64,000 nt of DNA, from the NCBI GenBank assembly GCA_963742245.1, contig CAVULG010000006.1, forward strand, positions 36,962-100,961. Direction: 5' to 3'. The notes under the pieces were generated by a model. That model had not been told where the DNA came from and did not search any database. It was given only the letters and a program-made list of their open reading frames with translations. The position numbers and the translations under genes were made by a program. Shown piece by piece: positions 1 to 11,200 of this stretch; the first letter of the stretch is position 1, and every line of letters starts with the position of its first letter. Source of the DNA: an uncultured Acidobacteriota bacterium (GTDB taxonomy: Bacteria > Acidobacteriota > Thermoanaerobaculia > UBA5066 > Gp7-AA6).

Positions 1-1278
1 ATGTCGTCTTTGATCCTCCACCTGCGCCGCGGTTTCGCCGAGAACGTCCGTTTCGCGATGCTCGCCGTGCGCGCCCACAAGCTGCGGGCCTCGCTGACGG
101 TGCTCGGGATCGTCGTCGGCGTCGCCACGGTCATCGCGATGGTCTCGATCGTGACGGGCTTCAACAACAGCATGGTCCGGCAGTTCCAGAGCTTCGGCGC
201 GACGCTCGTGCAGTTCCAGAAGTTCTCGATGCGCTTCGGGCCGGGGCATCGCTCGGACGACGAGCGCAACCGCAAGGACCTCACTCTCGATGACGCGCTC
301 GCCCTGAAGGCGCAGATCCCGGAGATCCGCGCCGTCTCGCCGGAGCGCTATCTCTTCGACGGGACCCAAACCACCGTGAAGTACCGGGATCGCGAAGCCA
401 AGGACCCGACCGTCGCGGGTGTCTACCCGGACTACTCGCTCGCGAACAACCACTTCATCGAGCAGGGACGCTTCTTCACGGACCCCGACATCGAGCACGG
501 CTCGCAGGTTGCGGTCATCGGCCAGGACGTCCAGAAGGCGCTCTTTCCGAACGAGAGCGCGCTCAACAAGACCGTCGAGCTGAACGGCTGGAAGTACACC
601 GTCATCGGGGTCCTCGAGGAGAAGGGCGACTTCGGCGGCGGCTCGAGCAACCACTGGTACCTGATTCCGTTCTCGACCTTCGACCACCAGTTCCCCCAGA
701 TCAAGGTCAGCCGCGGCGACACGATCCACATCGCGACGGTGCCGTACCGGCCGGACCAGGTGCCCATCGTCGTCGAGAAGGGCCGGGCCCTGCTGCGCGC
801 CCGACGCCACGTGCCGTTCAACGCGGAGGACGACTTCTACATCCTCACGCCCGACAAGATGATCGAGAGCTTCCAGGGCATCACCAACGGCATCACGGGC
901 GCCATGATCTTCATCGCGATGATCTCGCTTCTGATCGGGGGCGTGGGCGTGATGAACATCATGCTCGTCTCGGTCACCGAGCGCACGCGCGAGATCGGCG
1001 TGCGCAAGGCCGTGGGCGCGTTCCGCCGCGACATCGTGCTGCAGTTTCTGACCGAGGCGACGACGCTGGCGCTTCTCGGCGGTGTGATCGGCGTCATCGT
1101 CGGGATCGCCGTTCCCGCCCTCATCAAGCTGGCCTTCGCGGCGCTGCCGGCGGAGACACCGATCTGGTCGGTCCTCGTCGGCCTGCTCGTGTCGATGTCC
1201 GTCGGGATCTTCTTCGGCCTCTACCCGGCCGTGAAGGCCTCCCGTCTCGATCCGATCGAAGCCCTCCGCTACGAGTAG
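1..1278 (+). CDS. ABC transporter permease, MacB/FtsX family
   Basis: 425-aa ORF. N-terminal TM helix (LTVLGIVVGVATVIAMVSIV), large periplasmic domain, C-terminal FtsX-type helices with the TERTREIGVRKAVGA motif typical of MacB/LolCE-type permeases. Confidence 0.85.
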   Translation: MSSLILHLRRGFAENVRFAMLAVRAHKLRASLTVLGIVVGVATVIAMVSIVTGFNNSMVRQFQSFGATLVQFQKFSMRFGPGHRSDDERNRKDLTLDDALALKAQIPEIRAVSPERYLFDGTQTTVKYRDREAKDPTVAGVYPDYSLANNHFIEQGRFFTDPDIEHGSQVAVIGQDVQKALFPNESALNKTVELNGWKYTVIGVLEEKGDFGGGSSNHWYLIPFSTFDHQFPQIKVSRGDTIHIATVPYRPDQVPIVVEKGRALLRARRHVPFNAEDDFYILTPDKMIESFQGITNGITGAMIFIAMISLLIGGVGVMNIMLVSVTERTREIGVRKAVGAFRRDIVLQFLTEATTLALLGGVIGVIVGIAVPALIKLAFAALPAETPIWSVLVGLLVSMSVGIFFGLYPAVKASRLDPIEALRYE

Positions 1279-1296
1279 GCCCGGCGCCGGAGCCGA

Positions 1297-3495
1297 TTAG
1301 AGCGACCGCTTCCAGAACTCGAGCACCTTCTCGAACAGGTGCGCCCGGGCGGCGCGGTCGTCGATCCCGTGCTTGCGCATCGGGTAGGCCATCATGTCGA
1401 AGGGCTTCCCGGCAGCGATCAGGGCGTCGATGAAGGCCAGGCTGTTCTGCGGATGCACGTTGTCGTCGTACGTGCCGTAGACGATCAGCAGCCGCCCGTG
1501 GAGGTCTTTCGCGAGCGGCACGAGGTTCGTCGCTTCGTAGCCCTCCGCGTTGTCCTCGGGCAGCTTCATGTAGGCCTCGGTGGACTTGCTGTCGTAGTAG
1601 CGCCAGTCCGTCACCGGCGCGATCGAGACGCCGGCGCGAAACTCCGCCGACTTCGTCATCAAGGCCAGCGTGAAATATCCGCCGCCGCTGCGGCCCCAGA
1701 CGCCGACGCGGGCGGGGTCGGCCCAGGGTTGGGCCTTCAGCCAGCGCACGCCGTCCAGGAGGTCGCCGACCGCACCGGCGCCCCACTCGTCTTTGAGCGA
1801 GAGATTCTCGATGGTCTTGCTCGCCGCCGTGGCCATGCGGTTGTCGATCGAGGCGACGACGTAGCCGCGCTGCGCCAGGAGCTGATCGAAGAGGGCCGCC
1901 CGGTCCCACTCGTCCTTGACGAGGGGCACGCCGGTGCCGCCGTAGACGCGGAGGACGACCGGATGGCGCACGCCGGCGTCGAAGCCGCGCGCCTGGAGGA
2001 TCCGGGCCTGCAACGGGTATCCGTCCGAGGCCGGGATGGTCCGGAGCTCGTAGCTCGGGAGACCGAAGCGCGCGAGGAGGTCGGTGCGCGGCCGCGCGAT
2101 CACGGTGCGCAGCGCCCCGTCCGCCGCATGGAGCGAGAGGGACGGCGGGACGGCGTGGCTCGAATGCGCGTCGAGGTAGAAGCGCCGGTTCGGTGAGAAC
2201 GAGATCCGGTGAACGCCGTCCTCGCGGCTCACACGCTTCATGCCCGAGCCGTCGAGGCGCACGCGATACAGGTGCCGCTCGATCGGCGACTTCTCCATCG
2301 CCGTGAAATAGACCGAGCCTCCCCGCTCGTCGACGAAGGCCGAGCCCATCGGCGCGGCATAGAAGGCGCTCGGTCCCCGCACGGACCAGGCGCCCTTCGT
2401 GACCGGACCGACGAGCGACCCGTCGGCGCGGTACCGGTAGAGATGCGTCCACCCGTCGCGCTCGGAGGAGACCAGTACCTCGCGGCCGCCGCCGAGAAAC
2501 TGGATCTCCTTCTGGTTGACCCACGCGGCGTCGAGGTCCGTCAGGACCCGGCGCGTCGCGCCCGTCGCGCGGTCGACGAGGAGGAGATCGAGGCGGTCCT
2601 GGGCGCGGTTGGTGGTCTGAACCGCGACGGCGCGGCTGTCGGGCTGCCAGGTCAGACCGATGACGTATTCGTAGCCGGGAGCGGGGGCGTCCATCCAGAC
2701 GGTGCGTCCGGTCCCCAGGCTCGCGACGCCGAGCCGCACCGCGGGGTTGGGCCGCCCCACGCGCGGATAGCGCTGGGTGATGACCTTCGGCAGGGCCGGT
2801 TCGAAGCTCGTGAAGGTCGCGACGTCGACGCCGGATTCGTCGCTTCGCAGAAACGCGATCGCCTGCGAGTCGTCGGACCACCAGAACGCGTCGTCGTCGT
2901 GGTGGAAGATCTCTTCCCAGTAGACGAACGAGAGGACGCCGTTCAGGATCGCGGGCCCTCCGTCGGAAGTGAGGCGCGTCTCCCGACGGGAGGCGAGGTC
3001 GAGGACCCAGAGGTCGTTGTCGCGGGCGAAGGCGACGCGGCGGCCGTCCGGGGACAGGCGCGCGTTGATCTCGCGCGCCGGGCTCACCGTGAGCCGCTCG
3101 AAGCGCGAGCGCGCGAAGTCGAGGAGGTAGAGGTCGTCGCCGAAGGCGTAGAGCCCGAACGCGCCGCTCCGGTCGAAGGAGATCGGCCAGGTCAGGGCGT
3201 CCGCACTCGGTGTGTCCGGACCGAGCGCGGCGAGGCTCGCGAGCGCGGCCGGCCGGTCGACGGCCGCCCGGCGCAATCCGGTCTCGGGATCGAGGCGCTC
3301 GAAGGTGCGCTCGGCCGGGGGCTTGCGCTCGTCGAAGAGCAGAACGGCTCCATCCGCCATCCAGAAGTGCTTCGGCAGACGGATGATCGCGTCGGCCTCG
3401 GGGCTCGTGATCCAGTCGACGGTCAGCGCCTCGGAAGGCTGCGCGAGAAGGCGCAGCGCCGCGAAAAGGAACGAGGCCGCGAAGACGCGTTTCAT
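1297..3495 (-). CDS. S9 family serine peptidase, dipeptidyl-peptidase IV-like (beta-propeller + alpha/beta hydrolase), secreted
   Basis: Lower part of the 1297..5847 ORF starting at MKRVFAASFLFAALRLLAQ (signal peptide). DPP-IV-type N-terminal region. C-terminal GRSGGG nucleophile elbow, YGTYDDNVH and PMRKHG triad motifs. The ATG overlaps the upstream stop (ATGA at 3492-3495). Confidence 0.85.
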   Translation of the reverse strand: MKRVFAASFLFAALRLLAQPSEALTVDWITSPEADAIIRLPKHFWMADGAVLLFDERKPPAERTFERLDPETGLRRAAVDRPAALASLAALGPDTPSADALTWPISFDRSGAFGLYAFGDDLYLLDFARSRFERLTVSPAREINARLSPDGRRVAFARDNDLWVLDLASRRETRLTSDGGPAILNGVLSFVYWEEIFHHDDDAFWWSDDSQAIAFLRSDESGVDVATFTSFEPALPKVITQRYPRVGRPNPAVRLGVASLGTGRTVWMDAPAPGYEYVIGLTWQPDSRAVAVQTTNRAQDRLDLLLVDRATGATRRVLTDLDAAWVNQKEIQFLGGGREVLVSSERDGWTHLYRYRADGSLVGPVTKGAWSVRGPSAFYAAPMGSAFVDERGGSVYFTAMEKSPIERHLYRVRLDGSGMKRVSREDGVHRISFSPNRRFYLDAHSSHAVPPSLSLHAADGALRTVIARPRTDLLARFGLPSYELRTIPASDGYPLQARILQARGFDAGVRHPVVLRVYGGTGVPLVKDEWDRAALFDQLLAQRGYVVASIDNRMATAASKTIENLSLKDEWGAGAVGDLLDGVRWLKAQPWADPARVGVWGRSGGGYFTLALMTKSAEFRAGVSIAPVTDWRYYDSKSTEAYMKLPEDNAEGYEATNLVPLAKDLHGRLLIVYGTYDDNVHPQNSLAFIDALIAAGKPFDMMAYPMRKHGIDDRAARAHLFEKVLEFWKRSL

Positions 3496-5723
3496 GGCGT
3501 GAGCGCGAGCTTCCAGAACTCCAGCATCTTGTGCGCGCGATGCCTGATCGCGGCCTTGTCGGTGAACGTGTGCTTCTGCATGGGGTACACCATGATGTCG
3601 AAGGGCTTCCCGGCGGCAATCAACGCGTCGGCGAACGCCCAGCCGTTCTGCGGGTGGACGTTGTCGTCGTAGCTTCCGAAGATCAGCAGGAGGCGTCCCG
3701 AAAGGTCCTTCGCGCGCTTGACGAACGACGTCCATTCGTAGCCTTCGGGGTTCGTCTCCGCCGTCTTCATGTAGGCCTCGCCGAACTTCGTGTCGTAGAA
3801 GTGCCAGTCGGTCACCGGCGCGCCGGAGATGCCCGCCTTGAATTCCTTCGTGCGCGTCATGGCGAGGAGGGTGTACGAGCCGCCGCCGCTCCATCCCCAG
3901 ATGCCGAAACGCGCGGGGTCGGCCCAGCTCTGCGCCTTGAGCCACTTCACGGCCGCCTCGAGGTCTGCGAGCTCGCTGTCGCTCATCATCTTTCCGACCA
4001 CGGCGTCCTCGAGCTTCTTGTCTGCGACCGGTGGCGCTGCGCGGATCGATCGCGGCGACGATGTAGCCCTGCTGGACGAGCAGGTGCTCGAAGAGCTCGT
4101 CGCGGCCCCAGCCGGTCGAGGACGATCGGGGATCCCGGGCCGCCGTAGACGTGCACGAGGACGGGGTATTTCCGTGCGGGATCGAAGTCCGCGCGGCTTG
4201 AGCAGGCTCGCCGAAAGGGCGAAGCCGTCGCCGGCCGGGATCGTGAGGAGCTCCCGGCGCGTCAGACCGTAGGGCGCGAGGAAGTCTTTCGGGTTCTCCC
4301 ACAGCGTCGCGACGCGCGTTCCCGCTGCGTCGTAGAGAGCGAGCGAAGGAAGGGTGTTCGCGTTCGAGTAGGTGTCGACGAAGGCGCGCCGGTCCGGAGA
4401 GAAGGAGATCTTGTGCGTTCCGGTCTCCTTCGTGATCTGCACCTTGCCGGTGCCGTCGGGCCGGACGCGATAGAGGTGGGACTCGAGGGGCGACTTCTCG
4501 ATCGACGTGAAATAGATGAAGCCGCCGATGTCGTCGACGAAGGTCGAGCCCTGCGGCGCGCCGTAGCTGCTGCTGCCGCGCACCGACCAGGGGCCCTGCG
4601 TCACGGCGTTCCGGCGCTTGCCGTCCGCCGCGTAGCGGAAGAGGTGCGGGTGCCCGTCGACCTCGAACGACACGATCCACGTCTTGCCGCCCTCGGCGAA
4701 CTGGAGCTCCTTCTGGTAGACGAGCGCGGGGTCGGTGTCGGAGAGGACCAGCGAAGCGCGACCCGCGGCGACGTCGAAGCGCCAGATGTCGAGCTTCGTC
4801 TGCGCGCGGTTGGTCGTCTGCACGGCGAGGGCGCGGCCGTCGGGCATCCATTCGACGCCGAGGATGTACTCGTAGGGAGCCGCCGCCGGGTCCATCCAAA
4901 CCGAGGTCCCTCCGCCGGCGGGGACGACGCCGAGGCGGACGGTCGGATTCGGGCGCCCCGTCCTCGGGTACCGCTGGCGGATTTCCCGCGGCACGGCGGG
5001 CGCGATGTCGGTGAACGTGGTGACGTCGACGGGGGAGTCGTCGGTCTTGAGGTACGCGATCGAGCGCGAGTCCGGCGCCCACCAGTACCCGGTGTCGCCG
5101 CGGTCGAAGACCTCTTCCCAGTAGACCCAGGAGAGCGTGCCGTTGAGGGTCGTCTCGCTGCCGTCGGAGGTGAGGCGCGTCTCGCTCTTCGAGGCCAGGT
5201 CGAGCACCCAGAGGTCGTTGTCGCGGACGAAGGCCAGCTTGCGACCGTCGGGCGAGAAACGCGGCAGGGTTTCCTTCGCACCGGTCGAGGTGAGTCGGAC
5301 GAAGCGCGCCGTGGCGAAATCGAGCGCATAGAGGTCGTCGCCGAAGAGGTAGACGCCGGTCGTTCCCGCGGCGTCGAGCGCCTCGGGCCAGGGCAGCGAC
5401 TTCGGCGAAGCGCCGGGAGCGCCGGGAGAGAGAGCCGCGAGGCTCGCGAGGGCCGCGGCGGCGTCGACGGCGGCGCGGCGCTGACCGGTCTTCGCGTCGA
5501 CGCGCTCGATCGTCCGCGCCGCAGGTGGCTTGTGGTCGTCGAGGAGAAGGAGCGCGGAGCCCGAGGTCCACGCGAACTTCGGAAGCCGCGAGGCCGCGAC
5601 GGCTTCCTCCCCGTAGATCCAGTCGACGGTCAACGGGCGCGGTGTCTGGGCCGCGAGGGTTCGGGCGCAGAGGACGCTTCCCAGGGCGATGAGCGCGAGG
5701 CGATGCCGCGTTTCGGTTCTCAT
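3492..5723 (-). pseudogene. S9 family peptidase paralog (DPP-IV-like), frameshifted as assembled
   Basis: Starts MRTETRHRLALIALGSVLCARTLAAQ and ends with the GWSGGG...YDDNVH...PMQKH motifs. Between ~4030 and ~4200 the conserved segment DFDPARKYPVLVHVYGGPG / WGRDELFEHLLVQQGYIVAAIDPRSA is readable only in the other two frames. Three single-nt shifts restore the original frame. Confidence 0.75.
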
Positions 5724-5807
5724 GTCCGCCTTTCGAGTCGAGGGCACGGGAGTCGCGGCAAAGGATATTCCACGACTGCTCGAGGATGCGCCAGCGGGCG
5801 CGAAGGG

Positions 5808-5813
5808 TAGAAT
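5808..5813 (+). promoter_or_regulatory. candidate -10 box TAGAAT upstream of kinase 1
   Basis: TAGAAT lies in a GC-rich background 14 nt upstream of the ATG at 5828. The same hexamer recurs before many genes in this window. Confidence 0.5.
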
Positions 5814-5827
5814 CCGCACATTGCCCG

Positions 5828-8506
5828 ATGAGACTTCCTACGGGCACCCAGCTCGGACATTACGAGGTCCTCGCGCCGCTCGGCGCCGGAGGCATGGGGG
5901 AGATTTACCGCGCCCGTGACGCGGCGCTCGATCGCGAAGTCGCGATCAAGGTCCTCCCCGAAAATCTCTCTCTCGACCCGGATGCGTTCGCGCGCTTCGA
6001 GCGCGAAGCCAAGGCGGTCGCGGCGCTGTCCCATCCGAACATCCTCGCGATCCACGAGTTCGGCATCTCCCAGGGCGTCGCCTACGCCGTCACGGAGCTT
6101 CTCGAGGGCGACACGCTGCGCGAGCGGCTGGACGCCGGGCCCCTCCTCGAGGCCCAGGCCGTCGAGTACGGGCTGCAGATCGCCCGTGGCCTGTCGGCCG
6201 CGCACGAGAGAGGCGTCATCCATCGCGATCTCAAGCCCGAAAACATCTTCGTAACCAATGCCGGCCACCTGAAGATCCTGGACTTCGGGATCGCCAAGCG
6301 GGTCGACATCGAGGCCGGGGCGGCCCGGGCCGAGGCCGGCTACACCGAGCCCGGAATGGTCGTCGGCACGGCCGGCTACATGTCGCCCGAGCAGGTGCGC
6401 GCCGCCAAGGTGGACCAGCGGTCGGACATCTTCTCCTTCGGCGCGATCCTCTACGAGATGCTCTCCGGCCGCCGCGCTTTCTACCGGGCCTCGGCCGCCG
6501 ACACGATGACGGCGATCCTGCGCGACGAACCGACGGACCCGGGGGAGTTCGGACGGATCGTCTCGGGGCCGCGTCGACCACGTCATGCGCCACTGCCTCG
6601 AGAAGAATCCGAGCCACCGGTTCGAGTCGGCCAAGGACATCGTCTTCGCGCTGTCGGAGGCCTCGCACGGTCCCGGGAGCGGGCCTCGTCCGCAGTCCGC
6701 CATTTCCGCGGGAGAAGCGCCCTCGGCGGTTCCGGCCCCGCGGCGCCGGCGGTCGGGCATTCCGAAAATTGCGATCGCGCTGGTGCTGCTCGCTGGGGTG
6801 GCCGCTGGTGTCCTTCTCCTGCGCCGCGGGAAGCCCCCGGTCGCCGCCGTCCGCCCCGCGCCGGCGGTCCGCCTGGCGGTCCTCCCGTTCGAGAATCTCG
6901 GCGCGCCCGAGGACGAGTACTTCGCCGACGGCATCGCCGACGAGGTGCGCGGAAAGCTGACCCTCCTTCCCGGGCTCCAGGTGATCGCGCGCGGCAGCTC
7001 GACGCCCTACCGCAAGACTTCGAAGACGCCGCAGGAGATTGCCAAGGAGCTCGGCGTGACCTACCTCCTGACGGCCCGGGTCCGGTGGGACAAGTCGGCC
7101 GCCAGAACCGCGTCCACGTCGCGCCCGAGCTCGTCGAGGTCTCGGGGTCGCAGGCGCCGGCCTCGAAGTGGCAGCAGCCCTTCGAAGCGCCGCTGACCAA
7201 CGTGTTCCAGGTGCAGGCGGACATCGCGGCGCGCGTGGCCCAGGAGCTCGGCGTCGTTCTGCGGCCGTCCGAGGCGCAGAGGCTGCAGGAGCGGCCGACG
7301 AAGGACCTCGCCGCCTACGACGAGTTTCTGCGCGGGGAGCAGGTTTCCCGCGGCATGAGCGTCCAGGATCCGCCGAGCCTGCGCCAGGCGCTGACTTTCT
7401 ACGAGCGCGCGGTGGCGCTCGACGCGGGATTCGCGCAGGCCTGGGCGCGGGTCGCGCGGGCCGATGCGATGCTGTACGGCAACAGCACGCCGTCGCCTGC
7501 ACTTTCCGAGGCCGCGCGGCGGGCCGCGGAGCGCGCGATCGAGCTCGCTCCCGAGCACCCCGACGGCTACATCGCGATGGGCCAGTTCGAGCGCATCGTC
7601 GCCAAGGACGCGGACCGAGCCCTCGAGCAGTTTGCGCGCGCTCGCAAGATCGCTCCGGGAAGCGCCGACCTGCTCTCCGCGATCGCGGTGGCCGACGTGG
7701 CGAAGGGCCATTGGGACGCCGCACTCGCCACGCTGCAGGAGGCCCAGCGCTTCGATCCGCGCTCGGTATCCGTCCTGCGCCGGCTCGGCGACGCGTATTT
7801 CTGGCTGCGCCGCTACGCGCCGGCGCGGGAGACGTTCGATCGGGCCCTCGTCCTGGCCCCGACGCATCTGGGCTTGATCGAGACCAAGGCCATGACGTTC
7901 CTCGGGCAAGGCGACCTGACCGGCGCCCGGGCGGTTCTCGCGGCTGCGCCTCGCGAGGTCGCGCCATCGGCCCTCGTGGCGTATGTCGCGGCGTACTGGG
8001 ACGTCGTCTGGCTTCTCGACGACAAGCAGCAGGACCTGCTCGTTGGTCTGGCTCCGAGCGCTTTCGACGGCGATCAGGCGACCTGGGGGCTCTGCCTCGC
8101 CCAGGCCTACGGGCTGCGCGGCGACACGGCGAAAGCCCGCGCGACGGCCGGCGAGGCGAAGAAGGCGATCGACGAGCAGTTGAAGTCCGCGCCCGAAGAC
8201 GCGCAGCGTCGCGTGGGCCTCGGTCTGGCCCTCGCCTACATGGGCGATACGGCGGGCGGTATCCGCGAGGCGCAGACGGGCGTCGCGATGCTCCCGATCG
8301 CCAAGGATGGGTTCACCGGGCCGTTCCTCCAGCACCAGCTCGCCCGCATCTACGTGCTCGCGGGGGAGCCGGAGAAGGCGATCGATCAGCTCGAGCCGCT
8401 CCTGAAGATCCCGTACATCCTCTCGCCGGGCTGGCTCCGGATCGATCCCAACTTCGCGCCGCTGCGCGAAAACCCCCGGTTCCAGAAGCTCGTGGCGGGC
8501 GTCTAG
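5828..8506 (+). pseudogene. Ser/Thr protein kinase with TM segment, TolB-N-like periplasmic module and C-terminal TPR repeats; two compensating frameshifts as assembled
   Basis: Hanks kinase motifs ([35 protein letters not shown]). The segment [13 protein letters not shown]...IAIALVLLAGVAAGVLLL...LAVLPFENLGAPEDEYFADGIADE is readable only in frame 3 (6585..~7090). The original frame resumes with a TPR-rich tail. The start at 5828 matches the paralog N-termini better than 5786. Confidence 0.75.
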
Positions 8507-8525
8507 GAGAAACGGCGCGCCGTCG

Positions 8526-8531
8526 TAGAAT
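8526..8531 (+). promoter_or_regulatory. candidate -10 box TAGAAT upstream of kinase 2
   Basis: TAGAAT lies 9 nt upstream of the TTG start at 8541. Confidence 0.45.
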
Positions 8532-8540
8532 CCTCCCGAT

Positions 8541-11200
8541 TTGACCCTTCCCAGCGGTACGCGTCTCGGTCCGTACGAGATCCTCGCGCCGATCGGCGCC
8601 GGAGGCATGGGCGAGGTGTATCGCGCGCGGGACGAAAGGCTCAAGCGCGACGTCGCCGTGAAGGTGCTGCCGGCTTCCTACTCGGCGGACGGGGAGCGCC
8701 TGCGACGCTTCGAGCAGGAGGCGCAGGCGGCCGGCGCCCTGAACCATCCCAACATCACGTCGGTCTACGAGCTCGGCTCGCACGACGGGTCGCCGTACAT
8801 CGTGACGGAATTGCTCGAAGGCGAGACGCTCCGCGGCCGGCTCTCGGGCGGCGCGCTCTCGGTGCGCAAGGCGACGGACTACGCGATCCAGACGGCCAAG
8901 GGTCTGGCCGCGGCGCACGAGAAGGGGATCGTGCACCGGGACCTGAAGCCCGAGAACCTCTTCGTCACCAATGACGGGCGGGTCAAGATTCTCGACTTCG
9001 GCCTGGCGAAGCTGACGCAGGCCGACGGCGCCATGCGGGCCCGCAGACCAACCTGCCCACGGCGGCGGGCACCGAGCCCGGCGTCGTCATGGGAACGCTC
9101 GGCTACATGTCGCCCGAGCAGGTGAAGGGCAAGCCCGCCGACGCGCGGTCGGACATCTTTTCTTTCGGCGCGATCCTCCACGAGATGCTTTCGGGCTCGC
9201 GCGCGTTCTACCGGGACACGGCGGCCGAGACGATGTCGGCGATCCTGCGCGAGGAGCCGCCCGGACCTCTCGGCCACCAACAAGAACGTCCAGCCGGGGC
9301 TCGAGCGGGTGGTGCGGCACTGCCTGGAGAAGAGCCCCGAGGAGCGGTTCCACTCGGCGCACGACCTGGCGTTCGACCTCGGAGGCGTTGTCGGGAACGA
9401 CGGGCGTCACGGCCGATTGCGGGGAGCCCGCGGAGCGAAAAGGCGCTGCGGTCGCGCGTGCTTCCGCTGGGTCGCGGGCGCCGCGCGCTCTCGCAGCGGC
9501 CCTCGCGCGCGGCTACTTCCTGGGGCGCGGCAAGGGGGATCCTCGGAGCCGGCGACGTTCAGGCAGCTCACGTTCCGGCAAGCGGCGCCATCTGGAGCGC
9601 CCGATTCGGCGTCCGACGGCAAGACGATGCTGACGACGGCCGCCTGGGACGGAAAGCCGGCGGAGATCTACGTCAGCCGGCCGGAGAGCGCCCGAGTCGC
9701 GGCCCTTCGGGAGCGCGCGGGCGCGGACGTGGCCGCCGTCTCCGCAGACCGGGGAGGTCGCCGTGCTTCTGAAGGCCGACTTCAACGGGGCGTTCACGCG
9801 AGAGCCGGGACGCTGGCGCGCGTCAATGCCGACCGGGGGCGCGCCGCGCGAGCTCCTCGAGAGGGTGCGAGTACGGCGGACTGGTCGCCCGATGGCAAGG
9901 AGCTCGCTGATCGTCCGCAACGAGAACGGCAAGTGCCTCGCTCGAATTTCCCGCCGGAAAGGTGCTCTACGAGACCGGCGGATTGGATCGGCAACCCGCG
10001 GTTCTCGCCGGAGCGGCGACCGGATCGCATTCTTCGAACATCCCGTCATCGAACGATGACGGCGGCACCGTCGCGCTCGTCGACCTGGCGGGGAAGAAGA
10101 AGACGATTTCCGCGGCTCTACGCGACCATCGAGCGGCCTCGCGTGGTCGCCGGACGGATCGGGAGCGTCTGGTACACGGCGCGCGGAAGTCGGCGCCAAC
10201 CGCGCCCTCCACGCCGTCGACGGCCTCCGGCGGAGAGGCTCGCACGCTCGCGCGCGTCGCGGGCTCCCTCACGCTGCGGGATGTGGCGCCGGACGGGCGC
10301 GACGCTGGTCACGCACGAGGCTCACGTCAACCTCGGCATCGTCGCGCGCCGGGCCGGCGGCGCGCACGGAAGAGATCGATCATGACGTGGTTCGACTGGA
10401 GCCTGTCTCGGACGATCTTTCAGAGGACGGACGGTTCGTCCTGTTCACGGAGACCGGGGAAGGGGGCGGGGCGGGCTATTCCACGTACGTGCGCGCCCTC
10501 GACGGCTCGCCCGCGGTCCGGATGGGAGAAGGGACCGCTCGGGTTTGAATTCTCTGCCAGACGGGAAGAGCGTTCTGGCATTCGCTCGGATCGCGCGAGA
10601 CCAACCGCGAGATCGTCATCTATCCGACGGGGCCCGGCGAGACGAGGAAGATCTCCTGCCGGCGGGCTGAAGCCGCGGGCGCGCCGGCTGGCTGGCGGAT
10701 GACCGGACGCATTCCTGGCGACCGCCCGGGAAGGCGACGAGTCCTCCACGCGACTATGTGCTGGATCTTTCGACGCGGAGCGCATCGGGCCCGTCGTCGC
10801 CGGAGGGTTATCGGGGAGTGAGCGATCTCCGGCGACGGGAAGCGTTTCATCACGCGCGAGGCCTGGAGGGCGTGTTCTACGTCGGCTCGATCGAGGGCGG
10901 GGAACTGAGTCCCGATCCCGGTCTCGATCCGATCGATGTCCGTGGCGGGACTGGGACGCCGGACGGACGCCTCTACGTCCGCCAGAGGCGCGTTCCACGG
11001 ACGGTGCCGGCGCTGCGATTCGTCGACACTCGACCTGGCCACCGGCAAGCAAGCAGCCCTGGAGCGGACCTTCGCCCGCGGACACGTCAGGCGTCAACGG
11101 CATGGTCTGCGGTATCGCAACGTCTCCGCAGACGGCGCCTATGCGTATAGCGTCTACCGGAGCGCTGTCGACGTTGTTTCTGGTTGGAGGCGCCCAGTGA
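8541..11200 (+). pseudogene. Ser/Thr kinase - TM - TolB-like (PD40) beta-propeller protein, heavily frameshifted
   Basis: The kinase N-terminus is intact to ~9040 ([31 protein letters not shown]...[10 protein letters not shown]...DFGLAKL). After that, homologous pieces are scattered over all three frames ([15 protein letters not shown]; [23 protein letters not shown]; TFRQLTFR; [17 protein letters not shown]; WIGNPRFSP...). The reconstructed C-terminus [14 protein letters not shown] ends at the TGA at 11198-11200. Confidence 0.7.

Noticed and set aside
1124-3619. Long antisense or alternative-frame ORFs throughout the window. Examples are 1124..3619, 6231..7967, 7061..8644, 11907..13613, 13890..15515, 16509..18698, 22200..23870, 28306..31110, 37427..38980 and 40157..41776.
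   Set aside because: Their composition is low-complexity Arg/Gly/Pro/Ala, with no recognisable motifs. Each fully overlaps a well-supported gene on the other strand or frame. This is the typical stop-codon-poor shadow ORF of GC-rich DNA.
5786-5827. Longest-ORF starts for kinase 1 (5786) and dnaX (22245).
   Set aside because: 5786 lies upstream of the TAGAAT box, and the extension is not shared by the paralogs. The ATG at 22245 lies inside the TAGAAT hexamer. The downstream ATGs (5828 and 22254) fit the family N-termini and the promoter geometry.
1297-5847. A 1516-aa ORF that looks like one giant protein.
   Set aside because: Only its last 733 codons (from MKRVF at 3495) are a real S9 peptidase. 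The upstream part is an Arg/Pro/Gly-rich shadow frame over the second peptidase gene, kept open by the high G+C. It briefly becomes the true frame only inside the frameshifted segment at ~4030-4120.
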